This document shows positions 24,685 through 34,969 of a stretch of 64,000 bases of DNA, in pieces (within the stretch, counting starts at the first letter, position 1; every line of letters begins with the position of its first letter). A program made the position numbers and the translations under genes. The notes under the pieces are model-generated. The model was not told where the DNA came from. It worked only from the letters and a program-made list of their open reading frames with translations, and did not search any database. The stretch is from Kiritimatiellia bacterium (lineage in GTDB: Bacteria; Verrucomicrobiota; Kiritimatiellia; CAIQIC01; Lenti-01), in assembly GCA_040768005.1 (NCBI GenBank), contig JAXGNL010000001.1, forward strand, positions 7,008 to 71,007. Direction: 5' to 3'.

Positions 24685-27117
24685 ATGAAGGCATCGATCT
24701 GGAAATGGCTGATCTTGGTGGTGGCGACGGCATGGAGCGTGGCGCTCGTGACGCCTCCGAAAGAGAAGGTGAAACTGGGTCTCGATCTGCAGGGCGGCAC
24801 CAGCTACACGCTGGAAATCGACGATTCCCAGGGGCTGGAAGGGTCGGTGGCCGATGCCCGCGACCGGGCCCTGGAAGTCATTCGCAACCGCGTGGACTCG
24901 ATGGGCGTGGCGGAGCCGAACATCTATCCCGACGGAGAGAAGCGCATCGTGGTGCAGATTCCGGGCATGAAGGCCGAAGACCGTGCGCGGGCGTCGGCGA
25001 ACATCCGCAAGGCGGCCTTCCTGGAGTTCCGGATGGTGCATCCGAAGAACGACGAGCTGATTGCCAATCTGTTCCGGGACCGCAAGGTGCCGGACGGCTA
25101 CGACATGGTGTCGCTGCCGGGCCGCGCCCAGGGCGATGTCTGGATGCGCAAGGGGCCGCCCCCGAGCGAGGCCGAGCGCGCCGCGCTGCGCGAGTTCGAA
25201 GGCAAGCCCGGCTACGACCTGCTGCTGGAGCGGGAAGTTACGGACGGCAAGACCTATTTCCGGCCCTACTATGTCAGCCGCAAGGCGGAATTGACCGGCG
25301 ACAGCCTCAAGAGCGCCAACGTGGGCTACGGGCAGTTCAACCAGAAAAACGTGGAAATTTCCTTCGATGCCCGGGGCCGCCGCATTTTCGGAATGGTGAC
25401 GGCGGACCACGCGCCGGGCGGGGCGAAGAATCCCGATCCCAACGGCCGGCACTATCTGGGCATTGTGCTGGACGGCACCCTCTACTCCGCCCCGTTCATC
25501 CGCCAGGCGATCCCGGGCGGCCAGGCGGTGATCGAAGGCAGCTTCACGCTGGAAGAAGCCCGCGATCTGGCCCTGGTGCTGCGCGCGGGCGCCCTGCCGG
25601 CGCCGCTGCGGGTGCTGGAGGAGCGCTCGGTGGATCCGACACTCGGCACGGACTCCATCGAGAGCGGCTGGCGGGCGGCGGCCATTGGCTTTGCGTCCGT
25701 GGCCGTGTTCATGGTGATTTATTATCACTTTGCCGGCATTGTCGCCGTGATGGCCCTGCTGCTGAACCTGGTGCTGCTGCCGCTGGGCATGATCATCACC
25801 GCCGGGTTCTTCGGCCTGATCGGCGGAGCCGGCATGGGCAGTTCCGCCACGTCGCTGCCGGTGCTGACGCTGCCGGGCATCGCGGGTATCGTGCTGACGG
25901 TGGGCATGGCGGTGGACGCCAACGTGCTGATCTTCGAGCGCATCCGCGAGGAGATGCGCACGGGCAAGCGGTTCGGCGCGGCCATCTCGGCGGGCTATGA
26001 CAAAGCGTTTTCCACCATTCTGGACGCGAACATCACGACGCTGCTGACGGCGATCATCCTGTTCTGGCAGGGGTCGGGCCCGGTCAAGGGCTTCGCCATC
26101 ACCCTGAGCGCCGGCATCATCGCCAGCATGTTCACGGCGATTGTGGTCACCCGCATGGTGTTCGAGGCCCTGGAGAGCCGCGGCCTGCTGCATAACCTGA
26201 AGATGACCCAGTGGGTCAAGGAAACCCGCATCAACTTCATGGGCCTGCGCGGCGCCGCCGCCGTCCTGTCGATCGTGCTGCTGGCCGGCTCGCTGGCCTG
26301 GGGCGTGCATCGCGGCCAGGACAACTTCGGAGTGGACTTCACCGGCGGCCAGCAGCTGACGCTGGACTTCGCGGAGAAAGCCGATGTGGACGGGTTGCGC
26401 GGGGCGCTGACCGGCGCGGGGATCGTCAATCCGGCGATCCAGTACCAGCGTTCCGGCCGCGGCGAGGAACAGAACGAGGTGCTGGTGCTCAAAATCGCCG
26501 GGCCGGAGGACGGCGAGAAGGCGCTGGCGGTGCTGACGGAGCAGTTCCCGGACAACCGCTTCAAACTCCTGCAGGAGGATACGGTGGGTCCGCAGGTCGG
26601 CAAGGAACTGCAAAAGAGCGGGCTGATGGCCATCGGGCTGTCGCTGGTGGGCATGATCATTTACATCACCATCCGCTTCGAGTTCTCGTTCGCAATCGGC
26701 GCGGTGGTGGGCCTGCTCCACAACGTGCTGATCACCATCGGCATCTACTTCCTCCTGGGCCGCCAGCTCACCATGACCAGCATCGCGGCCCTGCTGACGG
26801 TGCTGGGCTATTCGGTCAACGACACGATCGTGGTCTTCGACCGCATCCGCGAGACGCGCAAGCTGCGCGGCGGGCGCCTGGATGCCTCCGTGGTCAACGA
26901 GAGCATCAACTCGACCCTGTCGCGCACGCTGCTGACCTCGCTGACCACGCTGCTCAGCGTGGGCATGCTGATGGTGTTCGGCGGCGGGGCGATCTTCGAC
27001 TTCGCGCTGGCGATTTTCATCGGCGTGATCGCGGGCACCTATGCCTCGGCATTCATCGCGTCGCCGGTGATGCTGGCGGTGCGGCCCAAGGCCGCCGCCT
27101 CCGGGGCCGGGAAGTAG
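24685..27117 (+). CDS. secDF: protein translocase subunit SecDF (fusion)
   Basis: 810 aa with two six-helix SecD/SecF halves: LTLPGIAGIVLTVGMAVDANVLIFERIREE and TVLGYSVNDTIVVFDRIRE. Confidence 0.9.
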   Translation: MKASIWKWLILVVATAWSVALVTPPKEKVKLGLDLQGGTSYTLEIDDSQGLEGSVADARDRALEVIRNRVDSMGVAEPNIYPDGEKRIVVQIPGMKAEDRARASANIRKAAFLEFRMVHPKNDELIANLFRDRKVPDGYDMVSLPGRAQGDVWMRKGPPPSEAERAALREFEGKPGYDLLLEREVTDGKTYFRPYYVSRKAELTGDSLKSANVGYGQFNQKNVEISFDARGRRIFGMVTADHAPGGAKNPDPNGRHYLGIVLDGTLYSAPFIRQAIPGGQAVIEGSFTLEEARDLALVLRAGALPAPLRVLEERSVDPTLGTDSIESGWRAAAIGFASVAVFMVIYYHFAGIVAVMALLLNLVLLPLGMIITAGFFGLIGGAGMGSSATSLPVLTLPGIAGIVLTVGMAVDANVLIFERIREEMRTGKRFGAAISAGYDKAFSTILDANITTLLTAIILFWQGSGPVKGFAITLSAGIIASMFTAIVVTRMVFEALESRGLLHNLKMTQWVKETRINFMGLRGAAAVLSIVLLAGSLAWGVHRGQDNFGVDFTGGQQLTLDFAEKADVDGLRGALTGAGIVNPAIQYQRSGRGEEQNEVLVLKIAGPEDGEKALAVLTEQFPDNRFKLLQEDTVGPQVGKELQKSGLMAIGLSLVGMIIYITIRFEFSFAIGAVVGLLHNVLITIGIYFLLGRQLTMTSIAALLTVLGYSVNDTIVVFDRIRETRKLRGGRLDASVVNESINSTLSRTLLTSLTTLLSVGMLMVFGGGAIFDFALAIFIGVIAGTYASAFIASPVMLAVRPKAAASGAGK

Positions 27118-27121
27118 GCCG

Positions 27122-28858
27122 ATGCTGGTCCGCTCGGAAAAACGCTGGGTGACGGCGGAGGCCGATCCCCGGGTGGCCGAGGACATCGCCCGGACCCATG
27201 GGTTTTCCCGGGCGATGGCGCGGGCGCTGGTGACCCGGGGCCTGGTGGACCACGCGGAGATCGAAAAGTTCCTTCAGCCTCGCCTGGCGGATCTGACCGA
27301 TCCGTTTGCCCTGCCGGGCATGCAGACGGCCGTGGACCTGATTCTGTCGCATATCGAGCAGGGCAGCGCCATTCTGGTATACGGCGACTACGACGTGGAC
27401 GGGGTGACCGCCACCGCCCTGATGATCCAGGTGCTCAGCGGGCTGGGGGCGGTGGCCGTGCCTTTCCTGCCGCATCGCATCGAGGACGGGTACGGGCTGG
27501 GAGTCGAGACGCTTCACCGCTGCATTGAGAACTACCATCCCAACCTGATCATCACCGTGGACTGCGGCACCAGCTCCGTCGAGGCCGTGCGGGAGGCCGC
27601 GCGCCTGGGCATTGACGTGATCGTGACCGATCACCACGAGCCCGCCGCCGAAGGCGTGGCGGAGGCCTGCGCCATCGTCAATCCCAAGCTCGGCGGCGGC
27701 CCGGAGGAGATCCGGATGCTGGCCGGCGTGGGCGTGGCTTTCAAGGTCTGCCACGGTCTGGTCAAGGCGGCCCGCCAGCGCCGGATGGAGGCCGCCGAAA
27801 AGCTCGACCTGAAGACCTTCATGGAACTGGTGGCGGTCGGCACGGTGGCGGACATCGTGCCGTTGCTCAAGGAAAACCGCATCCTGGTCTACCACGGCCT
27901 GACGCTGCTGAACCGCACCCAGTCGGTCGGGCTGCGCACCCTGATCGAAGCCGCCGGCATCAGCGGCTATGTGGACACCTATCACATCGGTTTCATCATC
28001 GGGCCGCGGATCAACGCCGCGGGGCGCCTGGGCAACGCCGAGGCGGCCCTGGAGCTGGTGCTGACGGAGCAGGAGCCCCGTGCCCGCATTCTGGCCCAGC
28101 AGCTCGACGATGCCAGCCGCAAGCGGCAGGAGATCGAGGACAAGATCGTGCAGGAGGCCTGCGGCGACCTCGACGGGCGGTTCGACGCCGGACGGGATTT
28201 CGGCCTGGTGGTGGCGCATCCGCACTGGCACGCCGGCGTGATCGGGATCGTGGCGTCGCGGATCGCGAGCCGCTACAACCGTCCCGTGGTGGTCATCGGC
28301 ATGGACGACGACGGGGTGGGACGCGGGTCCTGCCGCAGCGTGCCGGGTTTCGACCTGCTCAAACACCTTCAGCAGTGTTCGTCCATGCTGCGGCGCTACG
28401 GCGGACATGCCATGGCGGCGGGCCTGGAAGTGGACCATTCGCGCATCGAAGAGTTCGCCGCGCGCTTCAACGAAGTATGCGCCGCAACGCTGAGCCAGGT
28501 GGATCAGCGCCGCCAGCTTCTGGTGGATGCCTGGATCACGCCGGGCGACATCGGCGATCCCCTGTACCACGATCAGAACCGTCTGCGTCCCTTCGGTCAT
28601 TCCAATCCGCTGCCGGTTTGGGCCATTCGCAACGTGACGCCACTGTTCCCGCCGCGCGTCATCGGCGGCAAGCACCTGAAAATCCTGTTCTCCATGGGCG
28701 GCCGGCAGCGCGAAGCCATCGGGTTCGGCATGGGCGACCGCGAGGTGCCCGACGGCCCCCTGGACATCGCCTTCAATCTGATCCTGAACCGCTACAACGG
28801 CCAGGAATACCTGCAGCTGCATTTGCAGGACCTGCGCCCGACGCAGCACGCGGAATAA
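27122..28858 (+). CDS. recJ: single-stranded-DNA-specific exonuclease RecJ
   Basis: DHH-family motifs YGDYDVDGVTA, TVDCGT, VTDHHEP, and a DHHA1-like GGHAMAAG. Confidence 0.9.
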   Translation: MLVRSEKRWVTAEADPRVAEDIARTHGFSRAMARALVTRGLVDHAEIEKFLQPRLADLTDPFALPGMQTAVDLILSHIEQGSAILVYGDYDVDGVTATALMIQVLSGLGAVAVPFLPHRIEDGYGLGVETLHRCIENYHPNLIITVDCGTSSVEAVREAARLGIDVIVTDHHEPAAEGVAEACAIVNPKLGGGPEEIRMLAGVGVAFKVCHGLVKAARQRRMEAAEKLDLKTFMELVAVGTVADIVPLLKENRILVYHGLTLLNRTQSVGLRTLIEAAGISGYVDTYHIGFIIGPRINAAGRLGNAEAALELVLTEQEPRARILAQQLDDASRKRQEIEDKIVQEACGDLDGRFDAGRDFGLVVAHPHWHAGVIGIVASRIASRYNRPVVVIGMDDDGVGRGSCRSVPGFDLLKHLQQCSSMLRRYGGHAMAAGLEVDHSRIEEFAARFNEVCAATLSQVDQRRQLLVDAWITPGDIGDPLYHDQNRLRPFGHSNPLPVWAIRNVTPLFPPRVIGGKHLKILFSMGGRQREAIGFGMGDREVPDGPLDIAFNLILNRYNGQEYLQLHLQDLRPTQHAE

Positions 28859-28949
28859 GATCCGGCAATCCGCCCCGAAAACCAGGGGGCATGGACGGGG
28901 GCTTTCCATAGGAAAAGCTGTTTTTCAGCCGCAAAAACCGCCTCGAAAT

Positions 28950-29090
28950 GTTAAGCATTATCGTCCATAATATATTATCATAGATATATTAATAATAATA
29001 CGTAATACCATATATTAAGGAGAGATAGATATATTCATATTCCACACAGTTAATTAACACTGTGGTAAAGAAATTCCGAAAAACCATCTC
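28950..29090. other. AT-rich islet in a convergent intergenic region
   Basis: A run of TA-rich sequence (ataatatattatcatagatatattaataataatacgtaatacc...) in an otherwise GC-rich window. It contains the imperfect hairpin CCACACAG-TTAATTAACA-CTGTGG at 29041-29064. Confidence 0.6.
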
Positions 29091-29253
29091 GTTTTCTCAG
29101 GGGGCTATTTCGAGGGAGAAAACAGAAAATGCCGGAATCCGGCGGGCAGGGTGCGGGCGGCCCGGAGGGGCATCTGCTCGGTGACGGCGCGCTTCTGCTC
29201 ATGCTGCTGCACGCGGGCCAGGGCGCGGCTGGTGCCCTGGTCGAGTGGAAAGC

Positions 29254-30063
29254 TCATGCCGGCAGGGCGTCCAACAGGCGGCGGATGCGGTCCGGGTCCA
29301 GCGGATTGGCCCAGTATCCGCCCTCCTTGAACGCCGATCCGATAATGAGCCCGTCCGCCAGCGGGGCGTAGTCCCGCACATTTTCCGCGGTGATGCCGGA
29401 GCCGATCAGCACGGGAAGCCGGGCGTCGGCCTGGACGGCGCGGAGTTCTTCCAGGCTGGCCGCCTCGCCGGTGGCGGCTCCGGTCAGGATCAGCCCGTCG
29501 GACAGAAAGAACCCGGCGGCATGCGCGGTCTGCACAATATCCACGTCGGCGGTGACGGCATGCGCGGAGTGCTTTTTCTTGATGTCGGTGAAAATGGCAA
29601 TGTGCTCGGCGCCGATGGCGCTGCGGTGGCGCAGCAGGTCGCCGGCACAGGCGTCGATGTAGCCTTCGTCGGCGACATGACCGAACACGAACCCTTCGGC
29701 GCGGATGAAGTCCGCGCCGGCGGCCAGGGCGGCAGAAAGGGCTTCGCGGTTGGCGCCGGCCAGGATCTGGATGCCCAGCGGAACGGCGGGGTGGGCGCGT
29801 TTGACCTCGCGGGCCAGGACGGCCATGGCGGCCAGCACCTCGGGGCCGGGCCGGCGCACATAGGGAACGTCGTGCATGTTCTCGATCATCAGCGCCTGAA
29901 GGCCGCAGGCGCGGTAGATGTCGGCTTCGGCCAGGGCCTGGTCCAGAATCGGGCCCATGCCGCCGGCATGGCCGGGCGCGCCGGGCAGGGCGCGCACATG
30001 AATCATGCCAATGACGGCGGTAGAGCGCTCGCCGAACAACCGGGCAAAACGTGACGTCTTCAT
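29254..30063 (-). CDS. BtpA/SgcQ family TIM-barrel protein
   Basis: VIGMIHVRALPGAPG..., ALMIENMHDVPY, and GSGITAENV resemble BtpA/SgcQ family members. Confidence 0.7.
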   Translation of the reverse strand: MKTSRFARLFGERSTAVIGMIHVRALPGAPGHAGGMGPILDQALAEADIYRACGLQALMIENMHDVPYVRRPGPEVLAAMAVLAREVKRAHPAVPLGIQILAGANREALSAALAAGADFIRAEGFVFGHVADEGYIDACAGDLLRHRSAIGAEHIAIFTDIKKKHSAHAVTADVDIVQTAHAAGFFLSDGLILTGAATGEAASLEELRAVQADARLPVLIGSGITAENVRDYAPLADGLIIGSAFKEGGYWANPLDPDRIRRLLDALPA

Positions 30064-30079
30064 GGGGCGGGAACCGGGA

Positions 30080-31114
30080 CTATTTTTCCTCCGGCCAGCC
30101 GGAGGCCAGAGTTCCTTCCAGGATGCGGCGCTGGATATCCATGATTTCCTTCTTCAGACGATCGGGGATCTGTTCGTCGAAATCATGATAGGGGGCCAGA
30201 CCGACGCCGTGGTTGGCGAGGGTGCCGACATAGCGGGTGCCGCCCCAGAACTGGTTCTCCAGCGCGGCGGAGACCACCTGGGCCACGGCCCGGTCCATGC
30301 GCTTGAGGCAGGAGGTGAGAATGATGTCCTGCTCGTTGAGCAGCGTATAGTACTGGTCTGTATCCACGCCGATTGCCCACTTGCCGTATTCCTTGGCCGC
30401 GGCAATGGCCCCGTTGCCGGTCAGCGATCCCGCGCCGAAAACCACATCCGCGCCGTCATCGAGGAATTCCTCCGCCCGCTTGCGGCCGCCCTCGAAATCG
30501 TCAAACGATCCGACATGCCCGCCCAGGACGCGGACGGACTTCCCCTTGACCTCGTTGTAGCGGGCGACGCCGTTGCGGAAGCCGACGATGAACTGATTGA
30601 CGCTGTCCACGTCCATGCCTCCGACCCAGGCCACTGCGGGGCCCTTGGGGTCTTTCAGGTCGGCCCAGGCCGCGGCGAGATAGCCGGCGGGATAGGCGCA
30701 TTCATCCACTTGAAACGTCAGGGCCCAGACATTGTGCGGGGGATCTTCGTAACGGGCGTCCACGCAGGCGAAGAGGGTGCGGGGGTATTCCGCGGAGACC
30801 GTCTCGATGGCGGAGGCCATTCGGAAGCCGATGCCGATGATCAGCCGGTAATCGCGCTCGGCATAGGACGCCAGTTTGCGTTCGAAGTTGGCGGGAGCGA
30901 GGGTCTCGCCGAACTGGACGAAAATGGGCGCCCCCGCGGCCATCAGCGCTTCGATGCCTTCCCTGCAGTTCTGGTTGAAGCCCTGGTCGTAGAAGGTGCC
31001 GCCATCCGACAGCATGGCGACGCGCATGGGGGGGTGGTCCGGGGGGGCCCCGCGGGCAGCGGAACCCGCGGCCAGGAACAGGACGGCGCAAATCGGGGCA
31101 AAACGGCGGATCAT
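30080..31114 (-). CDS. BMP-family (Med/PnrA-like) ABC-transporter substrate-binding protein
   Basis: Signal peptide MIRRFAPICAVLFLAAGSAARG, then DGGTFYDQGFNQ, YRLIIGIGF, ADVVFGAGSLTGNGAIAAAKE, AIGVDTDQY. Confidence 0.75.
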   Translation of the reverse strand: MIRRFAPICAVLFLAAGSAARGAPPDHPPMRVAMLSDGGTFYDQGFNQNCREGIEALMAAGAPIFVQFGETLAPANFERKLASYAERDYRLIIGIGFRMASAIETVSAEYPRTLFACVDARYEDPPHNVWALTFQVDECAYPAGYLAAAWADLKDPKGPAVAWVGGMDVDSVNQFIVGFRNGVARYNEVKGKSVRVLGGHVGSFDDFEGGRKRAEEFLDDGADVVFGAGSLTGNGAIAAAKEYGKWAIGVDTDQYYTLLNEQDIILTSCLKRMDRAVAQVVSAALENQFWGGTRYVGTLANHGVGLAPYHDFDEQIPDRLKKEIMDIQRRILEGTLASGWPEEK

Positions 31115-31340
31115 GGCGAATCTCCCTGGGTCGATGGATTCATCTTGCCGGCCAGTATAGGAGACCGGATCCCGCGATGCACGTCATTTCGCGTCCCGCG
31201 CCGGATTCCCGGGATCCGGATCGTCCGGGGCCTCGAGCAACCGATGGAACGCAGTGATAGAAGGATGGCACCCGGTTCGCCCGCCAGTTGAAATTCGCGG
31301 CGGATTGCGCTATTCTGGCCGCTGAAAAGGAAGGCGAATC

Positions 31341-33965
31341 ATGAACAGCGACCAATTGACAACCAAGGCCCAGGAGGCGCTGCGGGAGGCCCAGCGGCTT
31401 GCCGCGGACCATCATCACGGCGAGGTGGACACCACGCACCTCGTCCTGGCGCTGGTCCGGCAGGAGGGCGGCGTCGTGCCGTCGATTCTGGAGCGCATCG
31501 GGGTGAAATCCGCGCTGTTTGCGGATGTACTGGAGCGGCAGCTGGCGTCGCGTCCGCAGGTGCAGGGCGAAGGCCTGCAGCGGGGCGTGTCGCGGGAGCT
31601 GCAGACGACGCTGGAGGCGGCGGCGAAGCTCGCGGCGCAGATGAAGGACGAATACATCAGCGCGGAGCACCTGTTTCTGGCGGCGCTGGGGCGCAAGCAC
31701 GGCGACGTGGCGCAGGCGGCGGGCGGACTGGGGATCACGGTGGACACGGTGCTGCAGGCCCTGCAATCGGTGCGCGGCAGCCGGCGGGTGACGGACGAGG
31801 CTCCCGAAGACAAGTACGAGGCGCTGAAAAAGTACGGGCGGGACCTGACGGACGACGCCCGCAAGGGCAAGCTCGACCCGGTGATCGGGCGGGACGCGGA
31901 AATCCGCCGGGTGGTGCAGGTGCTGTCGCGCCGGACCAAGAACAACCCGGTGCTGATCGGCGAACCCGGCGTGGGCAAGACGGCGATCGCGGAAGGGCTG
32001 GCGCGGCGGATCGTGGCCGGGGACGTGCCGGAGGGGCTGAAGAACAAGCGGGTGGTGGCGCTGGACCTCGGCGCGATGCTGGCGGGAGCGAAATACCGCG
32101 GGGAATTCGAGGACCGCTTCAAGGCGTTCATCAAGGAAGTCGTGGACAGCGCGGGGGCGATTGTCCTGTTCATTGACGAACTGCACACGCTGGTGGGGGC
32201 GGGCAAGGCGGAAGGGGCGGTGGACGCCTCCAACATGATCAAGCCGGCGCTGGCGCGCGGCGAGCTGCGCTGCGTGGGGGCGACGACCCTGGACGAATAC
32301 CGCAAGTACATCGAAAAAGACCCGGCCCTGGCGCGGCGGTTCCAGCCGGTGCTGGTGGACGAGCCGAGCGTGGAAGACACGGTGGCGATCCTGCGCGGGC
32401 TGAAGGAGCGCTACGAGGCGCATCACGGCGTGCGCATCCAGGACGGCGCGCTGGTGGAGGCGTCCAAGCTTTCCCACCGCTATATCTCCGACCGGTTCCT
32501 GCCGGACAAGGCGATCGACCTGGTGGACGAGGCGGCCAGCCGCCTGCGAATGGAGATCGACAGCATGCCGGTGGAGATCGACGAGCTGGAGCGGCGCATC
32601 ATGCAGCTGGAGATCGAGCGCGAGGCGCTGAAGAAGGAAAAGGACGCGGCGTCGAAGCAGCGGCTGAAGGCGCTGGAAAAGGATCTCGCGGAGCAGCGGG
32701 AGAAAAGCGCGGCGCTGAAAGCCCACTGGGAACGCGAAAAAGAGATCATCGGCGCGATTCGCGGGGGCACTGCGGAACTCGACGCGCTGCGCACTGAGCA
32801 GGAGCAGGCGCAGCGCCGAGGCGAATACGAAAAGGCCGCCGAAATCCAGTATGGCCGGTTGCCGGCGGCAGAAAAAAAGATTCAGCAGGCCCAGGCCGCG
32901 CTGGCGGAACTGCAAAAAGGCCAGCGCATGCTGCAGGAGGAGGTCACGGCGGAAAACATCGCCGAGGTGGTGGCGGCGTGGACGCACATTCCGGTGAGCA
33001 AGCTGCTGGAGGGCGAGAAGGACAAGCTCCTGCGGATGGAAGACCGCCTGCGGGAGCGGGTGGTGGGGCAGGACGAAGCGGTCGAGGCGGTTTCGCGGGC
33101 GGTGCGCCGCTCGCGGGCGGGGCTTCAGGATCCGAACCGTCCGATCGGGTCGTTCATTTTCCTGGGGCCGACGGGCGTGGGCAAGACCGAGCTGGCGCGG
33201 GCGCTGGCGGAGTTCCTGTTCGACGACGATCAGGCCATGGTGCGCATCGACATGAGCGAATACATGGAGAAGCACTCCGTCAGCCGCCTGATCGGCGCGC
33301 CTCCGGGCTACGTGGGCTACGAGGAGGGCGGTGCACTGACGGAACACGTGCGCCGCAAGCCGTATTCGGTGGTGCTGTTCGACGAGATCGAAAAGGCGCA
33401 TCCGGACGTGTTCAACGTGATGCTGCAGATCCTCGACGACGGGCGGCTGACGGACGGGCAGGGGCGCACGGTGGATTTCAAGAACACGGTGCTGATTCTG
33501 ACGAGCAATCTCGGCAGTTCGGTGATCCAGGAGACGCTGGAAAAGCATCCGAACCTGGTCCGCGGCGACGCGGCCTACGACGACATGGAGAAACAGGTGC
33601 TGGCGGCGCTGCGGCTGAGCTTCCGACCCGAATTCCTGAACCGCGTGGACGAAATCATCCTGTTCCGGAGCCTGGGTATCGAGCAGCTGCGCCGGATCGT
33701 GCAGATCCAGCTTTCCCGCGTGCGCGGATTCCTGGCGGAACGCAGCATCCGGCTGGAGGTGACGGAAGCCGCTGCCGAAAAACTGGCGGGAGAGGGCTAC
33801 GACCCGGCGTTCGGCGCGCGGCCTCTCAAGCGCGTGATCCAGCGGATGGTGCTGGACGAACTCGCCACGAAAGTGCTGGCGGGCGAGATTCCCGACGGCG
33901 CGACGGTCGAGGCCGACTTCGATCCGGACCATCCGGACAAGATGGCCTTCACGGTCAGGGCTTGA
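31341..33965 (+). CDS. clpB: ATP-dependent chaperone ClpB
   Basis: 874 aa. Two AAA+ modules ([15 protein letters not shown] and [15 protein letters not shown]) flank a long coiled-coil M-domain. [13 protein letters not shown] is also present. Confidence 0.95.
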   Translation: MNSDQLTTKAQEALREAQRLAADHHHGEVDTTHLVLALVRQEGGVVPSILERIGVKSALFADVLERQLASRPQVQGEGLQRGVSRELQTTLEAAAKLAAQMKDEYISAEHLFLAALGRKHGDVAQAAGGLGITVDTVLQALQSVRGSRRVTDEAPEDKYEALKKYGRDLTDDARKGKLDPVIGRDAEIRRVVQVLSRRTKNNPVLIGEPGVGKTAIAEGLARRIVAGDVPEGLKNKRVVALDLGAMLAGAKYRGEFEDRFKAFIKEVVDSAGAIVLFIDELHTLVGAGKAEGAVDASNMIKPALARGELRCVGATTLDEYRKYIEKDPALARRFQPVLVDEPSVEDTVAILRGLKERYEAHHGVRIQDGALVEASKLSHRYISDRFLPDKAIDLVDEAASRLRMEIDSMPVEIDELERRIMQLEIEREALKKEKDAASKQRLKALEKDLAEQREKSAALKAHWEREKEIIGAIRGGTAELDALRTEQEQAQRRGEYEKAAEIQYGRLPAAEKKIQQAQAALAELQKGQRMLQEEVTAENIAEVVAAWTHIPVSKLLEGEKDKLLRMEDRLRERVVGQDEAVEAVSRAVRRSRAGLQDPNRPIGSFIFLGPTGVGKTELARALAEFLFDDDQAMVRIDMSEYMEKHSVSRLIGAPPGYVGYEEGGALTEHVRRKPYSVVLFDEIEKAHPDVFNVMLQILDDGRLTDGQGRTVDFKNTVLILTSNLGSSVIQETLEKHPNLVRGDAAYDDMEKQVLAALRLSFRPEFLNRVDEIILFRSLGIEQLRRIVQIQLSRVRGFLAERSIRLEVTEAAAEKLAGEGYDPAFGARPLKRVIQRMVLDELATKVLAGEIPDGATVEADFDPDHPDKMAFTVRA

Positions 33966-34080
33966 CCTGATTCACCCACGACACAAGGTTGTGGGGGGCT
34001 GCGGGCGGGAGGGGCCGCGAAAAGCTGACCTGATTCATCCGCGGGACAAGCCAGCGGGGTGTGAGGGCGGTTTTCGCGCC

Positions 34081-34212
34081 AAAACAGCAAAAAAATGCAT
34101 AAAATTGGCCAAAATGGCCAGAAATGGGGGGCAAAATGGCCAAAAAGCCATAAAATGGCCCAAAATGGCGGTATTTTTGCGATTCATTGAAAAAAATCAT
34201 GAAAATTGGGTC
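34081..34212. repeat. helically phased A-tract / AAAATGGCC iteron-like array
   Basis: A-tracts start at 34081, 34089, 34101, 34111, 34122, 34133, 34142, 34152, 34162, 34190 and 34202. The core is five to six degenerate AAAATGGCC units with a ~10 bp period. Confidence 0.75.
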
Positions 34213-34350
34213 TTTATAAGTCAATCATTACAATTGTTCTTCCTTTTTATATAATTCATAATATACTGCAATACATAAAGATGCGGACATAAATCTAGGT
34301 GTTGAACATCTTGTGGAATTCTAGCAGTAATATAATATTGCGTCATGGTC

Positions 34351-34379
34351 TTGACATCAGTGCGGTATTCTGATACTGT
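34351..34379 (+). promoter_or_regulatory. candidate sigma70-type promoter of the R-M operon
   Basis: TTGACA (34351-34356), 17 nt, TACTGT (34374-34379), ending 8 nt before the ATG at 34388. This would give a near-leaderless transcript. No SD is visible. Confidence 0.3.
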
Positions 34380-34387
34380 GTTGGACA

Positions 34388-34969
34388 ATGAAAGTTCGAG
34401 ATGTCAGTGAAATCCGCACGGGGCACGGCTTCCGGGAACGGCTCCAGAGCCAGCCGGAAGGCGAGTATCGGGTGATCCAGCCGAAAAACATCGGCATGAA
34501 TGGACTGGTTTCTTTCGACAAGGGGGAGCCGTTGCGGATGGATGCGGTTGCGCCGAGGGTTCTGCGTCCGAAAGAGGTTCTATTGCTCAACCGCGGTCGT
34601 TTTTGCGCGGCCGTTTTCGAGCCGGAGGATGCCGGGCCATGGATTGTGCCGTCCTCGGTGCTAGTCCTGACCCTGAAGTCGGACCGGGTGCGGCCGGACT
34701 ACGTGGCGTGTTTTTTCAATTCCGCCCATGGGCAGGCGCTGCTGCAACGCCATTGCGAGCAGACCACGGTGCCGTACATCAGTGCGCAGACGCTGGGCGA
34801 CATCGAGATGCCGGTGCCCTCACTGGTCCGCCAGGATGCGCTGGTGGCGTTGGACCGGGCGGCCGCGAAGCAGGCGCGCCTGTTCGGCCGGAAGCAGGAA
34901 TTGATCCGGCAGATTTTGAACCATGAATTGACGAGCACGATGCAAGCGACAACCGGGAGCGAGCCATGA
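34388..34969 (+). CDS. hsdS: half-size type I restriction specificity subunit (single target-recognition domain)
   Basis: 193 aa with one TRD-like region followed by an S-subunit conserved helix (PVPSLVRQDALVALDRAAAKQARLFGRKQELIRQIL). ATGA overlap with hsdM. Confidence 0.6.
   Translation: MKVRDVSEIRTGHGFRERLQSQPEGEYRVIQPKNIGMNGLVSFDKGEPLRMDAVAPRVLRPKEVLLLNRGRFCAAVFEPEDAGPWIVPSSVLVLTLKSDRVRPDYVACFFNSAHGQALLQRHCEQTTVPYISAQTLGDIEMPVPSLVRQDALVALDRAAAKQARLFGRKQELIRQILNHELTSTMQATTGSEP

Noticed and set aside
29129-29371. 80 aa plus-strand ORF overlapping the 3' end of the BtpA-family gene.
   Set aside because: It is antisense to a well-supported gene, Gly/Ala/Leu-rich, and has no SD or motif.
34081-34212. 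Possible CRISPR array or coding ORFs (33955..34224 minus, 33991..34254 plus) in the AAAATGGCC repeat region.
   Set aside because: The repeat period is ~10 bp with no spacers, so it is not a CRISPR array. The ORF products (for example ILPPISGHFGQFYAFFCCFG) are direct translations of the repeat.
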